Below are positions 19,791-29,019 of a DNA stretch of 64,000 nucleotides, in pieces. The stretch is from Actinomycetes bacterium. GTDB lineage: Bacteria > Actinomycetota > Acidimicrobiia > Spongiisociales > JAHEDJ01. Each line of letters begins with the position of its first letter. The first letter of the stretch is position 1. Both the position numbers and the translations under genes were made by a program. The stretch covers positions 167,136-231,135 of the forward strand of contig JAHEDK010000002.1 of the NCBI GenBank assembly GCA_024641245.1. Reading direction: 5' to 3'. The notes beneath the pieces were generated by a model that was not told the DNA's origin, ran no database searches, and saw only the letters and a program-made list of their open reading frames with translations.

Positions 19791-19877
19791 TCCCGGCGAC
19801 GCGGGCCGACCCTGAAGCCGATACCATTGCGTCCCCGCCGGTTTTGTCACTCCGTCGGCGCGGTCAGGAAGGCAGCG

Positions 19878-21053
19878 ATGAATACCGATGTGAAGCGACT
19901 ACAGAAGATCGTCCGCGAGATCGCTCCGACCGCCATTGATCTCCGCAGGAAGATCCACGCCAATCCCGAACTGGGAAATGCAGAGCACGAAACGACGGCG
20001 CTGGTTGATGCGACACTGCGCGACGTCGGTATCCGGCCACGAGTCCGACTCGGGCACACCGGACTGACGGCTGATCTCGGAGAAGGAGGCACCCTGGTCG
20101 GGTTCCGTGCAGATCTCGACGCGTTGCCGATCACCGAGGCAACCGGCCTTTCGTTTGCCTCGACCAACCCCGGCGTGATGCACGCATGCGGACACGACGG
20201 CCACACCGCCATCGGCCTCGGCATTGCCCTCGCCTTGTCGGAGTACGGGAAGTTGCCGGGGCGAGTCCGATTCATATTCCAGCCTGCTGAGGAGATCTTC
20301 CCGGGTGGTGCCTTCGACATGGTGCGCGAGGGCGTGGTCGAAGATGTCTCTGCGCTGATTGCCTTTCACATGGATCCGACGCTGGCTGCCGGAAAGGTGG
20401 GCCTCAAGATTGGAGCCATCACGAGCTCGTCTGATCGCTTCGAGATCACGATCAGCGGACCGGGAGGTCACACAGCACGACCTCATGAAACGGTCGACGC
20501 CGTATATGCCGCCGGACGGGTGGTGACCGAACTGCCAACGCTCCTCAACCGGACGCTCGATGCCAGGACGCCGATGTCGCTCGTTTTCGGGACAATCCAC
20601 GGAGGCAAGGCCGACAACGTCATACCGACCAGCGTGACAATGACGGGAACGGTTCGCATCCTGGACAAGGGCACGTGGGATTCAATGCCGGATCGCGTGC
20701 AGACGCTTGTTCGGGAGATCGTGGCACCGGTCCACGCCACCGCAGATGTGCACTACCAACGGGGAATACCCCCGGTGATCAACGATGCCGGCGTGCTGTC
20801 CGAGGTCGAGTTCGCCATTCACGAGGTACTCGGGACCCAGGCTGTAGCGGCGACGCATGCCAGCCTCGGGGCGGAGGATTTCGCTCGCTTCCTCGACCTC
20901 GTGCCCGGAGCGTTGCTTCGCCTCGGTTCTGCGGGATACGACGGGAAGGTCGACCTGCACTCCGCCGCATTCGACATCAACGAAGACGCAATCGAGCACG
21001 GAATCCTGGTCGGCGCGGCGAGCCTGCTGCGATTGATGCAGTGCAAGTGGTAG
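19878..21053 (+). CDS. M20 family amidohydrolase (N-acyl-amino acid amidohydrolase/hippuricase type)
   Basis: HACGHDGH and FQPAEE motifs. ATG 19878 has a GGAAGG RBS. Confidence 0.85.
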   Translation: MNTDVKRLQKIVREIAPTAIDLRRKIHANPELGNAEHETTALVDATLRDVGIRPRVRLGHTGLTADLGEGGTLVGFRADLDALPITEATGLSFASTNPGVMHACGHDGHTAIGLGIALALSEYGKLPGRVRFIFQPAEEIFPGGAFDMVREGVVEDVSALIAFHMDPTLAAGKVGLKIGAITSSSDRFEITISGPGGHTARPHETVDAVYAAGRVVTELPTLLNRTLDARTPMSLVFGTIHGGKADNVIPTSVTMTGTVRILDKGTWDSMPDRVQTLVREIVAPVHATADVHYQRGIPPVINDAGVLSEVEFAIHEVLGTQAVAATHASLGAEDFARFLDLVPGALLRLGSAGYDGKVDLHSAAFDINEDAIEHGILVGAASLLRLMQCKW

Positions 21054-21170
21054 GGAATCGCGTCACCACTCGTTCATCGATTGCCATTGTCGTTTGGCGA
21101 CTGGGCCTGCCAAACCCCAGAACCCAGAACCTAGAACTCAGAACGGGCTCCAGGTACCAGGTACCAGATG

Positions 21171-22193
21171 TCAATCCGCCAGCTTGAACCCCTCCGCGGA
21201 TAGGGCATGGCTCAGAGCTTCCGCCTCGCCGGGGCGAACAGAAAGCGTCAAGACACCTCCGCCACCCTGCGGACCGTGGCGAAGTTGGAGGTCACGCACA
21301 TCAACGGAGCTGAGGGCAAGTGCGCGGCCGACCGCCGCCAGTTCACCGGGATGGTCTTCGAGAATCACCCGTACTGCCATGACCGGCGGGGCGAGTGTCC
21401 GGCGCAAATCCCTCGCTCGCTCCAGGAACTGCATCACGCTCGACTCCGACTCCACATCGTCTGCGATTTCGCCGAGGCGGAGCGCGAAACTCCGGAGTTC
21501 GGAAACAACCGCCGCTCGGTTCTCCCCCAACAACTCCGACCACAGCGCCGGATCTGACAACGCCACCCGCGTCAAGTCGCGGAAGCTACCGGCCGCTAGG
21601 GGAAGAGCCTCGGTATGGCGCTCGGCCTCACCGAGCAGGGTGGCGGCGAGGACCTGCGGGAGGTGACTGACGATCGCCACGGCTAGATCGTGATCGGCAG
21701 CAGACATGCGAACCGGGTTTGCACCCAGCGACACAACGAGGTTCTCCACCCGACTCAGATCGTCGGGGTCGGCGCCATCCTCGACAACGACCCAGCTCGC
21801 CCCACGAAACAAGGCACCCGAGGCGGCACCGGGACCCGATTGTTCGCGCCCGGCCATCGGGTGGGTGCCGACGAAATGATCGAGATGGTTCGCCGCCCGG
21901 CAGATCGGATCCTTCACACCGGCAACGTCGATCACCAGCCCATCCGTGGAGAGGTCGCCGATAGTGGCGATGACGGCGCGGGGTGGACCGGCCAGCACGA
22001 TCAAGGCCGCGCCCTGGATCGCGGCAACCGTCGATGGGGCGGAGGCATCGAGCGCGCCCGCCTCGAGGGCGGTGATGAGCGCTGAGTCGTCCGGGTCCCA
22101 GCCCGTCACATTCCATCCGGTCTGCCGCAGCGCCAGGCCGATTGATGCGCCGATCAAACCCGTTCCGACCACGGCTGCCGATCGAGCCGTCAC
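21171..22193 (-). CDS. tyrA: prephenate dehydrogenase with C-terminal ACT-like domain
   Basis: N-terminal GTGLIG Rossmann fold, HPMAG motif, and a C-terminal ACT-like segment. Coupled to the upstream DAHP synthase (overlap 22190-22193). Confidence 0.85.
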   Translation of the reverse strand: MTARSAAVVGTGLIGASIGLALRQTGWNVTGWDPDDSALITALEAGALDASAPSTVAAIQGAALIVLAGPPRAVIATIGDLSTDGLVIDVAGVKDPICRAANHLDHFVGTHPMAGREQSGPGAASGALFRGASWVVVEDGADPDDLSRVENLVVSLGANPVRMSAADHDLAVAIVSHLPQVLAATLLGEAERHTEALPLAAGSFRDLTRVALSDPALWSELLGENRAAVVSELRSFALRLGEIADDVESESSVMQFLERARDLRRTLAPPVMAVRVILEDHPGELAAVGRALALSSVDVRDLQLRHGPQGGGGVLTLSVRPGEAEALSHALSAEGFKLAD

Positions 22194-23212
22194 CCCTGGA
22201 GACCGACCGCCGCAACAAGCTTGCGGATCGACACCATCAACTCGGCGAACTCCTCGGGCAGCAAGGCCTGGGCTCCATCGACTTTGGCGAGTTCCGGATC
22301 GGGATGAACATCCACCATGAACCCGTCGGCGCCGGCCGCCACCGCCACCCTCGAAAGTGGAGCGACGAGATAGCGATGACCGGCTGCGTGGGACGGATCG
22401 ACGATCACAGGGAGATGCGAAAGGCTCTTCAATATCGGCACCGCCGTGATGTCCAGCGTGTTGCGCGCCGCAGTCTCGAAGGTTCTGATTCCGCGCTCGA
22501 CCATGATGATCTCGTGATTGCCCTCTTTATAGATGTATTCGGCGGCGTTCAACCACTCCTCGATCGTGGCGGTGAACCCTCGCTTGAGCATCACCGGTCT
22601 GGCTTGCCGCCCTACCTCGGTGAGCAGCGTGTAATTGGCCATATTGCGGGTCCCAACCCGCAGAATGTCGGCATACGAGGACACCAGCTCGATGTCGCGC
22701 GGATCGAGTATCTCGGCGACGAACGGCATGTCGAATTCCTCGCGAGCTTCGGCCAGCATCTCGAGCCCGGCCTCGCCGAGACCCTGAAACGAGTACGGCG
22801 AAGTGCGGGGTTTGAACGCATCTCCGCGCAGGACCGTCGCCCCCGCCTTCTTCACGGCCTCGGCGGCCCTGAACAGGAGGTCGCGGCTCTCAACCGCACA
22901 CGGGCCCGCAATCGCCGTGAAGGTACCGCCCCCGATCGCAACGCCGCGCGTATCGATCACCGTGTCTTCCTCCTGGAAGTCACGGCTCACGAATTTGAAG
23001 GGTTTGAGAACGGGCACGGCTCGCTCGACACCCGGCATCGCCTCCCAGGGGAGCTGCTGGATGAGGACGCGATCACCGAGTGCTCCGATGACGGTCCTCA
23101 GTCGACCCTCAGAAATATGCGCCTGTGAGTCGATACTCTCCAAACGCTCCACTACGTGGGCGATGTCGGCAGGGGTCGCGTCTTTCTTCATGACGATGAT
23201 CATGGCGCTCAT
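22190..23212 (-). CDS. 3-deoxy-7-phosphoheptulonate (DAHP) synthase, type I-beta with N-terminal ferredoxin-like regulatory domain
   Basis: [18 protein letters not shown] and VDPSH motifs. The N-terminal ~70 aa resemble the ACT/FL regulatory domain of Thermotoga-type enzymes. Confidence 0.9.
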   Translation of the reverse strand: MSAMIIVMKKDATPADIAHVVERLESIDSQAHISEGRLRTVIGALGDRVLIQQLPWEAMPGVERAVPVLKPFKFVSRDFQEEDTVIDTRGVAIGGGTFTAIAGPCAVESRDLLFRAAEAVKKAGATVLRGDAFKPRTSPYSFQGLGEAGLEMLAEAREEFDMPFVAEILDPRDIELVSSYADILRVGTRNMANYTLLTEVGRQARPVMLKRGFTATIEEWLNAAEYIYKEGNHEIIMVERGIRTFETAARNTLDITAVPILKSLSHLPVIVDPSHAAGHRYLVAPLSRVAVAAGADGFMVDVHPDPELAKVDGAQALLPEEFAELMVSIRKLVAAVGLQG

Positions 23213-23493
23213 TGTCGCAGCGTTTCATCACCTGCGGGATCGCCGAACCCGCTGTCGGCCAGTGCAAGTGCGCGTATAGTCGCTCCGTGCGGCATCGCGG
23301 CCCGGAGCCCCTCGGCCACTTCATCGACAACGCGTGGATCCCACAGGCTGAACAACACAGCTCCGGTTTCATCACCACCAAACAATGCCAGCCTGCATTG
23401 CGGATCTTCGACGAACTCGTCGGTCAACTCCTGCAGCCAATCGGCCGGCAGATCGGGAGGTGACTCGAGAAGGAGCGCTCGCATCTGCGGCAT
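23209..23493 (-). CDS. hypothetical protein coupled to the DAHP synthase
   Basis: Coding-like ORF that overlaps the downstream gene start by 4 bp. No family recognised. Confidence 0.4.
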   Translation of the reverse strand: MPQMRALLLESPPDLPADWLQELTDEFVEDPQCRLALFGGDETGAVLFSLWDPRVVDEVAEGLRAAMPHGATIRALALADSGFGDPAGDETLRQ

Positions 23494-23540
23494 GGTAACG
23501 ACCGAATGAACCCGTCGTCCGGACACGTACACTTGAGCGC

Positions 23541-24488
23541 ATGAGGCGGATCATGGTGACGGGAGCGGCGACGTGGACGGGCGGCCGCCTCATTCAGAGA
23601 CTCGAGGGTCAACCCGACGTCGAGGTCATCGCAGTCGACGAGTTGCGCCCGAGCGTCGAGTTCAGCTCGCCGATGCACGAACTGGCCATCGACGAACTCG
23701 AGTTCGCTCACTTCTTCCTGGACGCCCGGCCACATGCGTTGGTCCATCTGCAAGCCGTCGATCGGGCGGCGATCCTCGGGCGAGAGAAATCGCACAGCCG
23801 CGTCGTGATGGGTGCACATGGATTGTTCGGCGCCCTGCAGCGATGCACAACGGTCGAGACGGTAGTCATGAAGTCTGATTCCGCGTTCTACGGATCGGGA
23901 CCACGGCAACCCTCCATCCTGACCGAATCAACCGAACCGAGGCGCACAGCCAGCGCCCACACCAGAAGTATCCGCGACATCGAGGAGCTCCTCGCCGAGG
24001 TAGCCGGCGACCTTCCCGCGGTGACCTTCACGACTCTGCGCATCGCCCCCATCATCGGAGCGGAGATCGGGAACCCGATCAGCCGATACCTCCAACTGCC
24101 CGTCGTTCCAACCCTCCTGGGATACGACCCGCGGATGCAGGTCATCTTCGAAGAGGACGCAGTCTCAGCCCTCTTGCATGCTGTGGCCCGGCCGGTTTCC
24201 GGGACCTTCAATATCGCCGCCGATGGTCAGCTGTACCTCAGCCGGATCCTCAGATTGGGCCGCCGCCTCGCCCAACCGCTTCCCGCCCCGCAGCATCGGG
24301 CAACCATGCGGGCACTGCGAGCACTCGGCAACCCATTCCCCGGCAATCTCGAGGACTACCTTCGAAACGGCCGCGTCATGGACACGACGCTGATGAAAGA
24401 ATCGTTCGGGTGGAAACCAAAGCTCACCGCCCGTCAAGCCGTCCTGGCCTCCTATGGGCGCGTCCGCAGTCCCGGGACATCGTCGTGA
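23541..24488 (+). CDS. NAD-dependent epimerase/dehydratase (SDR) family protein
   Basis: N-terminal VTGAATWTGGRL Rossmann motif. Length and layout are those of extended SDRs. Confidence 0.75.
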   Translation: MRRIMVTGAATWTGGRLIQRLEGQPDVEVIAVDELRPSVEFSSPMHELAIDELEFAHFFLDARPHALVHLQAVDRAAILGREKSHSRVVMGAHGLFGALQRCTTVETVVMKSDSAFYGSGPRQPSILTESTEPRRTASAHTRSIRDIEELLAEVAGDLPAVTFTTLRIAPIIGAEIGNPISRYLQLPVVPTLLGYDPRMQVIFEEDAVSALLHAVARPVSGTFNIAADGQLYLSRILRLGRRLAQPLPAPQHRATMRALRALGNPFPGNLEDYLRNGRVMDTTLMKESFGWKPKLTARQAVLASYGRVRSPGTSS

Positions 24489-25684
24489 GCGACTCAATCT
24501 CCGGTCTGCTAGGACGTTTGAGCCGGGACGAACTCAGGGCATTCGCTCGCGCCGCCGATATTCGCGGGCGCTCAACGATGACGAAGGAACAGCTCATTGC
24601 TGCACTGCAACTGGCCCTGCAGCCCCCACCCGAGGAATCCGAGAGAGTGCGAGCTTCGATGCCGTCACTGCCGGATCTGTCCGAAGCGCGCCGCCGCCGG
24701 ATTTCCGCCGGCCGTCGGTTCGAGTGGATGGTTGACAGGCGCAGATCGTGCACGCTGCGGACTATCGAGGGCTTCTCCTGCGGCCTTCCTGCCATTGCCG
24801 AACACGAGCGCTGCGCACTCCATGGGGGGATCGACATCTCCGACCTGGCGGTGCCGGCCGCCGGCCATCTCGGGGCAGACACCTGGCCCGCCCTAATCCG
24901 CCATCTCCTGCTTGCTTCGTACGACAACGATGCCCTCGGGCTCGACCCCGTCGTATCGGAGATGATCTGGCACATTGCCAACTTCCTCTACTTCGAGTAC
25001 TTCAGGGTGGAGGTCGAGGGAATCGAGAACGTGCCGGCAAAGGGGGCAGGCGTCCTGGTGAGCAACCATGCCGGCGCCTTCATCCCCTACGACGGGATGA
25101 TGCTGCAACTCGCCGTCGTCAACGAGGCCGAACTCCCCAGGCGGGTCCGCGTGGTCGGGACCGAGATCCTCAACCTCGTTCCCTTCCTCTCGCACCTCTA
25201 CCGGAAGGCCGGGGCGGCCTTTGCCAGCAAAGAGGACGCTCGCTGGGTACTCAATCACGGCTACCTGCTCGGTGCCTTTCCTGAGGGCGTTCCGGCCTTC
25301 CAGAAACCGCACGCCGAGGCATACCAACTCCGCAGGTTCGGCCGGGGAGGGTTCGCCGCGCTCGCTATCGAGGCCGGAGCTCCGATCATCCCGGTCGCCA
25401 TCGTCGGATCTGAAGACGTCCATCCGGCGCTCTTCAGCTCTCGTCGCCTGGCTCAGTTGTTCAAGCTGTTCTTCCCGCAGCAGCGGGTCGAGGAGATCGG
25501 TGTATTCCTCAACCCGATTCCTCTGCCCGTCAAGTGGCGAATCAGATTTCTCGAGCCCATCGAGATGCCAGGACCCGGCGTCCCGACCGATCGGCTCACA
25601 GTCCTCGAAATCGCCGAGCAGACTCGCGAGGTCATTCAGCTTGCCCTCGACGACATGCTGGAAGACCGCGGTTCGGTCTTCTGA
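24485..25684 (+). CDS. lysophospholipid (1-acyl-sn-glycerol-3-phosphate) acyltransferase with N-terminal Rho_N-like domain
   Basis: GTGA overlap with the epimerase stop. The N-terminus LSRDELRAFARAADIRGRSTMTKEQLIAAL is Rho-N/SAP-like. The acyltransferase H-box is VSNHAGAFIPYD and there is an FPEG motif. Confidence 0.75.
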   Translation: MSDSISGLLGRLSRDELRAFARAADIRGRSTMTKEQLIAALQLALQPPPEESERVRASMPSLPDLSEARRRRISAGRRFEWMVDRRRSCTLRTIEGFSCGLPAIAEHERCALHGGIDISDLAVPAAGHLGADTWPALIRHLLLASYDNDALGLDPVVSEMIWHIANFLYFEYFRVEVEGIENVPAKGAGVLVSNHAGAFIPYDGMMLQLAVVNEAELPRRVRVVGTEILNLVPFLSHLYRKAGAAFASKEDARWVLNHGYLLGAFPEGVPAFQKPHAEAYQLRRFGRGGFAALAIEAGAPIIPVAIVGSEDVHPALFSSRRLAQLFKLFFPQQRVEEIGVFLNPIPLPVKWRIRFLEPIEMPGPGVPTDRLTVLEIAEQTREVIQLALDDMLEDRGSVF

Positions 25685-25736
25685 ACCGGTTCGGGAGCAG
25701 CTCACGGCCTTAGTCGGGTCGCTGTACGGGCGCCGC

Positions 25737-25765
25737 TTGCAATAGTTAGCAGCCTGCGTTATATT
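25737..25765 (+). promoter_or_regulatory. sigma-70-type promoter TTGCAA-17 nt-TATATT that places the predicted TSS on the GTG start (leaderless mRNA)
   Basis: -35 TTGCAA (25737-25742) and -10 TATATT (25760-25765), separated by a 17-nt spacer. GTG 25772 lies 7 nt after the -10 and there is no RBS. Confidence 0.45.
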
Positions 25766-25771
25766 GCTAAT

Positions 25772-26155
25772 GTGAGTGATAAACAGGAAGAGAGCTCGGG
25801 AATAGCCGAACTCGGGACGTTCATCCGCCAGCAACGCGAACGTTCCAAGATGTCACTTCGAAGACTGGCCGACCGGGCGGGGATTTCGAATCCTTACCTC
25901 AGCCAGATCGAACGAGGGTTACGGAAACCATCGGCCGAAATCCTGAAATCACTCGCACGGGAGTTGTCGATACAGGCGGAATCGATGTACGTGAGGGCAG
26001 GATTGCTCGACGAAGGCTTCTCACCCCCGACGGTTGTCGAGGCGGTCGAGGCAGACCCGACATTGAGCACCCGTCACAAACAAGTATTGCTCGAGCTCTA
26101 CCGGACTCTCATCGAGGTCGGTGGGGTCGAGCCGGACAATAAGGAGACACCATGA
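25772..26155 (+). CDS. XRE-family helix-turn-helix transcriptional regulator
   Basis: HTH_3 motif LGTFIRQQRERSKMSLRRLADRAGISNPYLSQIERGLRKPS. Confidence 0.85.
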   Translation: MSDKQEESSGIAELGTFIRQQRERSKMSLRRLADRAGISNPYLSQIERGLRKPSAEILKSLARELSIQAESMYVRAGLLDEGFSPPTVVEAVEADPTLSTRHKQVLLELYRTLIEVGGVEPDNKETP

Positions 26156-26712
26156 TCGAAACGAAGAAGGCGTTCTACGCCGCCGTCGGCGCCCCGCTGG
26201 TCGGTTTGAAGCGGACCGGTGATGCACTGAAGGAACTCTCAGACAAGCTGACCGAGCGGTTTGGTGACGTGAGCGAGAAGCTCACCGACGATGCTCGCAA
26301 GGAGTTCGACCTCTGGGCCGACGAAGGCGAGAAACTCATCGGCAAGATCTCCGAGCAGAAGGTCGTTGAAGACCTGAGTGCCCGGGTCGATCTCGACGAG
26401 ATCCAGGAACGCGTCGGAAAGCTGCGGGACCAACTCGAGGACATCCTCACCTCGTGGCGCGAATCGTTCTCACCGAGCGAGACGATCGAGAAGCCGGTGG
26501 TCGAGGTCGAGAAGAAGCCGGTTGCCAAGAAGCCGGCGGCCAAGACCGCGGCGGCGAGAAAGCCGGCCGCCAAGACGGCTCCGACCAGGAAACCTGCTGC
26601 CAAGAAGGCTCCCGCGTCGAAACCCGCCGCCAAAAAGCCCGTAGCCAAGGCAACCACAGCCAAGAAGCCCGTAGCCAAGAAGCCGGCCGCCAAGGCAACC
26701 GCAGCCAAGTAG
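26152..26712 (+). CDS. HbhA-like (heparin-binding haemagglutinin-like) protein with Lys/Ala/Pro-rich C-terminal tail
   Basis: ATGA overlap with the XRE gene. The protein has a coiled-coil N-domain (YAAVGAPLVGL...) and a tail of KKPVAKKPAAK-type repeats. An XRE regulator followed by hbhA is the arrangement I recall in mycobacteria. Confidence 0.55.
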   Translation: MIETKKAFYAAVGAPLVGLKRTGDALKELSDKLTERFGDVSEKLTDDARKEFDLWADEGEKLIGKISEQKVVEDLSARVDLDEIQERVGKLRDQLEDILTSWRESFSPSETIEKPVVEVEKKPVAKKPAAKTAAARKPAAKTAPTRKPAAKKAPASKPAAKKPVAKATTAKKPVAKKPAAKATAAK

Positions 26713-26735
26713 CGGATCGTCCCGGCATGAACGTT

Positions 26736-26761
26736 GTTGAGGGCCCCTCGGGGCCCTCAAC
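26736..26761. terminator. bidirectional stem-loop between convergent genes
   Basis: GTTGAGGGCCC-ctcg-GGGCCCTCAAC (11-bp perfect stem). A second hairpin, CCGGTGCC-agac-GGGCACCGG, lies at 26790-26810. Confidence 0.5.
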
Positions 26762-26817
26762 TCGAAGAGAGTGTGCCGTCGATGCACGGCCGGTGCCAGA
26801 CGGGCACCGGCCCGTTT

Positions 26818-27222
26818 CTAATGCTTGACCAGAGGATCGAGGTCTTTGGCGAACTCGATCCAGCGTGAGACCATCGATTCGGTGGGAAGCCGCCGGACGA
26901 GCTTCTTCTTCTCGTTGATCTCGACCATCTTGTTCGTGAGAGAGGTCGCATTCCGGCGGCGGAGTTCCTTGATCGTGTCGACACCAGCAGCCTCGAGCAG
27001 ATCGGAGTACTCGCCGCCGATTCCTTTGCATCTCATCAAGTCGGCGCGGTTGACCCATTCGAGGATCTGCTTCTCGGTGAATCCGGTGGCGGCGGCCAAC
27101 GCTTTGCGACCATTGCGATCGGCGGCTCGCTTCATGAGCGCTTCGGTCGTTCGTATCCCGTTCTTCCTCAGCTTCGTAGCAGTGCGTTGCGCGATCCCCT
27201 CAACGGCGTCGATTGACGGCAC
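26818..27222 (-). CDS. DUF4332 domain protein
   Basis: Helix-hairpin-helix-like repeats (IEGIAQRTATKLRKNGIRT / CKGIGGEYSDLLEAAGVDT) are typical of DUF4332. Confidence 0.7.
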   Translation of the reverse strand: MPSIDAVEGIAQRTATKLRKNGIRTTEALMKRAADRNGRKALAAATGFTEKQILEWVNRADLMRCKGIGGEYSDLLEAAGVDTIKELRRRNATSLTNKMVEINEKKKLVRRLPTESMVSRWIEFAKDLDPLVKH

Positions 27223-27315
27223 TCCCGCTCCTTTCCCGGTGACTCATCGAGATAGCTCCTCGCCTCGCCGAGGCCTCTTCTCGCCGGCCAGCCTACCGAA
27301 TTCGCCAACCACCCG

Positions 27316-27906
27316 TCAGCTGCGTGGTTGGAGTTCGGCGACGTCGTCCGGCGTGTCGACGTCGCGTGGTGGCATGTGCTCGACCCATACCTCACGTACC
27401 CATTCCGGGTGGGCCTGCAAGAGCCGCTGCGCTCCGGTGTCGCCTTCGAGGCTCATCAGCCGGGTCCAAAGTGAGCGGTCGACGATGACCGGGTTCGACC
27501 ACGTGTACCGGTACCTGGGGACAACGGCCGGCCGTTTCTCTCGTTTGACCACGGTGAGCATCTCAGCGACAACGTCTGCACGAATATCGGGCTGGTCGCC
27601 CATCACGAGCAAGACCTTGTCGGCTCGCGAATCCCTCGTCAGGGAGTCCAGACCCACTCGAAGCGACGAGGCGATGCCTTCCTCGTACTCATCGTTGATC
27701 ACCACGGAAGAATCGCCGAAGGCTACACCATCGAGCACAGCCTCAGCTTCGTGACCGATCACAACCCAGATCTCATCGATTCCAAACGATCGCGTACGCT
27801 CTATAACATGCCCGAGCAACGTTCCCTCTCCCCATGGAAGCAGTTGCTTGGGCGACCCCAGACGGGTGGAGGAGCCTGCGGCGAGAATGAGCGCGGCGAC
27901 CGACAT
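27316..27906 (-). CDS. MobA/MocA-like nucleotidyltransferase (molybdenum cofactor cytidylyl/guanylyltransferase family)
   Basis: N-terminus MSVAALILAAGSSTRLGSPKQLLPW when started at ATG 27906. The track's longer N-terminal extension looks non-coding. Confidence 0.75.
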   Translation of the reverse strand: MSVAALILAAGSSTRLGSPKQLLPWGEGTLLGHVIERTRSFGIDEIWVVIGHEAEAVLDGVAFGDSSVVINDEYEEGIASSLRVGLDSLTRDSRADKVLLVMGDQPDIRADVVAEMLTVVKREKRPAVVPRYRYTWSNPVIVDRSLWTRLMSLEGDTGAQRLLQAHPEWVREVWVEHMPPRDVDTPDDVAELQPRS

Positions 27907-27961
27907 CGAATCCCTTCGGTGTGACGAGGCACCACTATACGGCCGGCGCAACCACCCGGAA

Positions 27962-29014
27962 TCAGTCGGCGGATGGCAGGCTCGACGACCTGCCCGTGCC
28001 GGTGGCGTGCCGGACGAGGACCATCTCCGCCAGAATCTCCACCGCCGTTTCGCGGGCACCATTGGCTCCGAGGTCGAGTCCGATCGGCCCGTGAATCCTT
28101 TCCAGCGCAGATGGTGGTACTCCAGCCCCGGCTAAACGTTCCAGTCGCTTGGCGTGCGTTTTGCGGCTGCCCATCGCGCCCAGATATCGAACATCTCTGG
28201 CAAGCGCAGCCTGGACCACCGGATCTTCGTACCGGGGATCGTGCGACAGTACAACCACGAAGGTGCGCTCATCAAGGGCCAGCCGGTCCACGACTTCCTC
28301 GGGCCAGGCGGTGATGACTTCCCGAGCATCAGGAAACCGATCTGGAGTTGTGAACGCCGACCGCGGATCGCACACGGTCACGGAGAAACCGGCGCAAGCC
28401 GCCAGCGCACTCAGAGTCTGGCCGATTTCAACGGCACCGAAGATCACCAACCTCGGCGGCGGAGCAACGGGTTCGACGAACACTTCACTTCCGGCCACCG
28501 AGGTGATCGTGGGATGCTCGGTGTCCATCACGAGCCGGACCAAGGGCAGGATCGCCTCCACCACCTCCTCGGAGAGGTCCGTCGCGATCAGACCGAGTTC
28601 GTGATCGAAAATACCCCGCGTTCCTGCGCTCGGCCCGTCGACGACGGAGGCGAGCGACCCGGACCGCTGAGAAGCAACGTATTTCCCGACCTCGTCGATC
28701 CGAAACCGATCTATGAACACATCGATGACGCCGCCACAGGACAACCCGACCTCGAATGCAGCCTCATCCGATATGCCGTAGCCGACGAGCTTGCTTTGGC
28801 CGCTCTCGAGCACCTGCTGAGCATGTAGGAACACGTCGTTCTCGACGCATCCGCCCGAGACGGAGCCCTCCATGTCACCGGCCGACGACACCAGGAATCT
28901 GCTGCCGAGCGGTCGGGGCGCCGGACCCTGAACGCGAACGAGGGTGGCGGCCGCGACGGCCTTCCCTTCGGCCTCCCACCGCCGGGCCACCTCGACGCTC
29001 CGTACGAGGTCCAC
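27962..29014 (-). CDS. XdhC/CoxI family molybdoenzyme maturation protein
   Basis: XdhC_CoxI N-domain (ATLVRVQGPAPRPLGSRFLV...GSVSGGCVE) and a C-terminal Rossmann-like domain (LVIFGAVEIGQ). GTG 29014 avoids overlap with the upstream M15 gene. Confidence 0.8.
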   Translation of the reverse strand: MDLVRSVEVARRWEAEGKAVAAATLVRVQGPAPRPLGSRFLVSSAGDMEGSVSGGCVENDVFLHAQQVLESGQSKLVGYGISDEAAFEVGLSCGGVIDVFIDRFRIDEVGKYVASQRSGSLASVVDGPSAGTRGIFDHELGLIATDLSEEVVEAILPLVRLVMDTEHPTITSVAGSEVFVEPVAPPPRLVIFGAVEIGQTLSALAACAGFSVTVCDPRSAFTTPDRFPDAREVITAWPEEVVDRLALDERTFVVVLSHDPRYEDPVVQAALARDVRYLGAMGSRKTHAKRLERLAGAGVPPSALERIHGPIGLDLGANGARETAVEILAEMVLVRHATGTGRSSSLPSAD

Positions 29015-29019
29015 CCGGA

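Noticed and set aside
26500-26712. Repetitive GCCAAGAAGCC(G/C)G... DNA that looks like a tandem repeat
   Set aside because: It is the coding sequence of the Lys/Ala/Pro-rich tail of the HbhA-like protein. It is in frame and imperfect at the DNA level, so it is coding low complexity rather than a non-coding repeat.
27316-29014. The XdhC and MocA-like pair, together with selD, as a selenium-dependent molybdenum hydroxylase trait
   Set aside because: selD is 22 kb away. No molybdenum hydroxylase subunits or yqeB/yqeC-type markers are visible in the window. The link is speculative.
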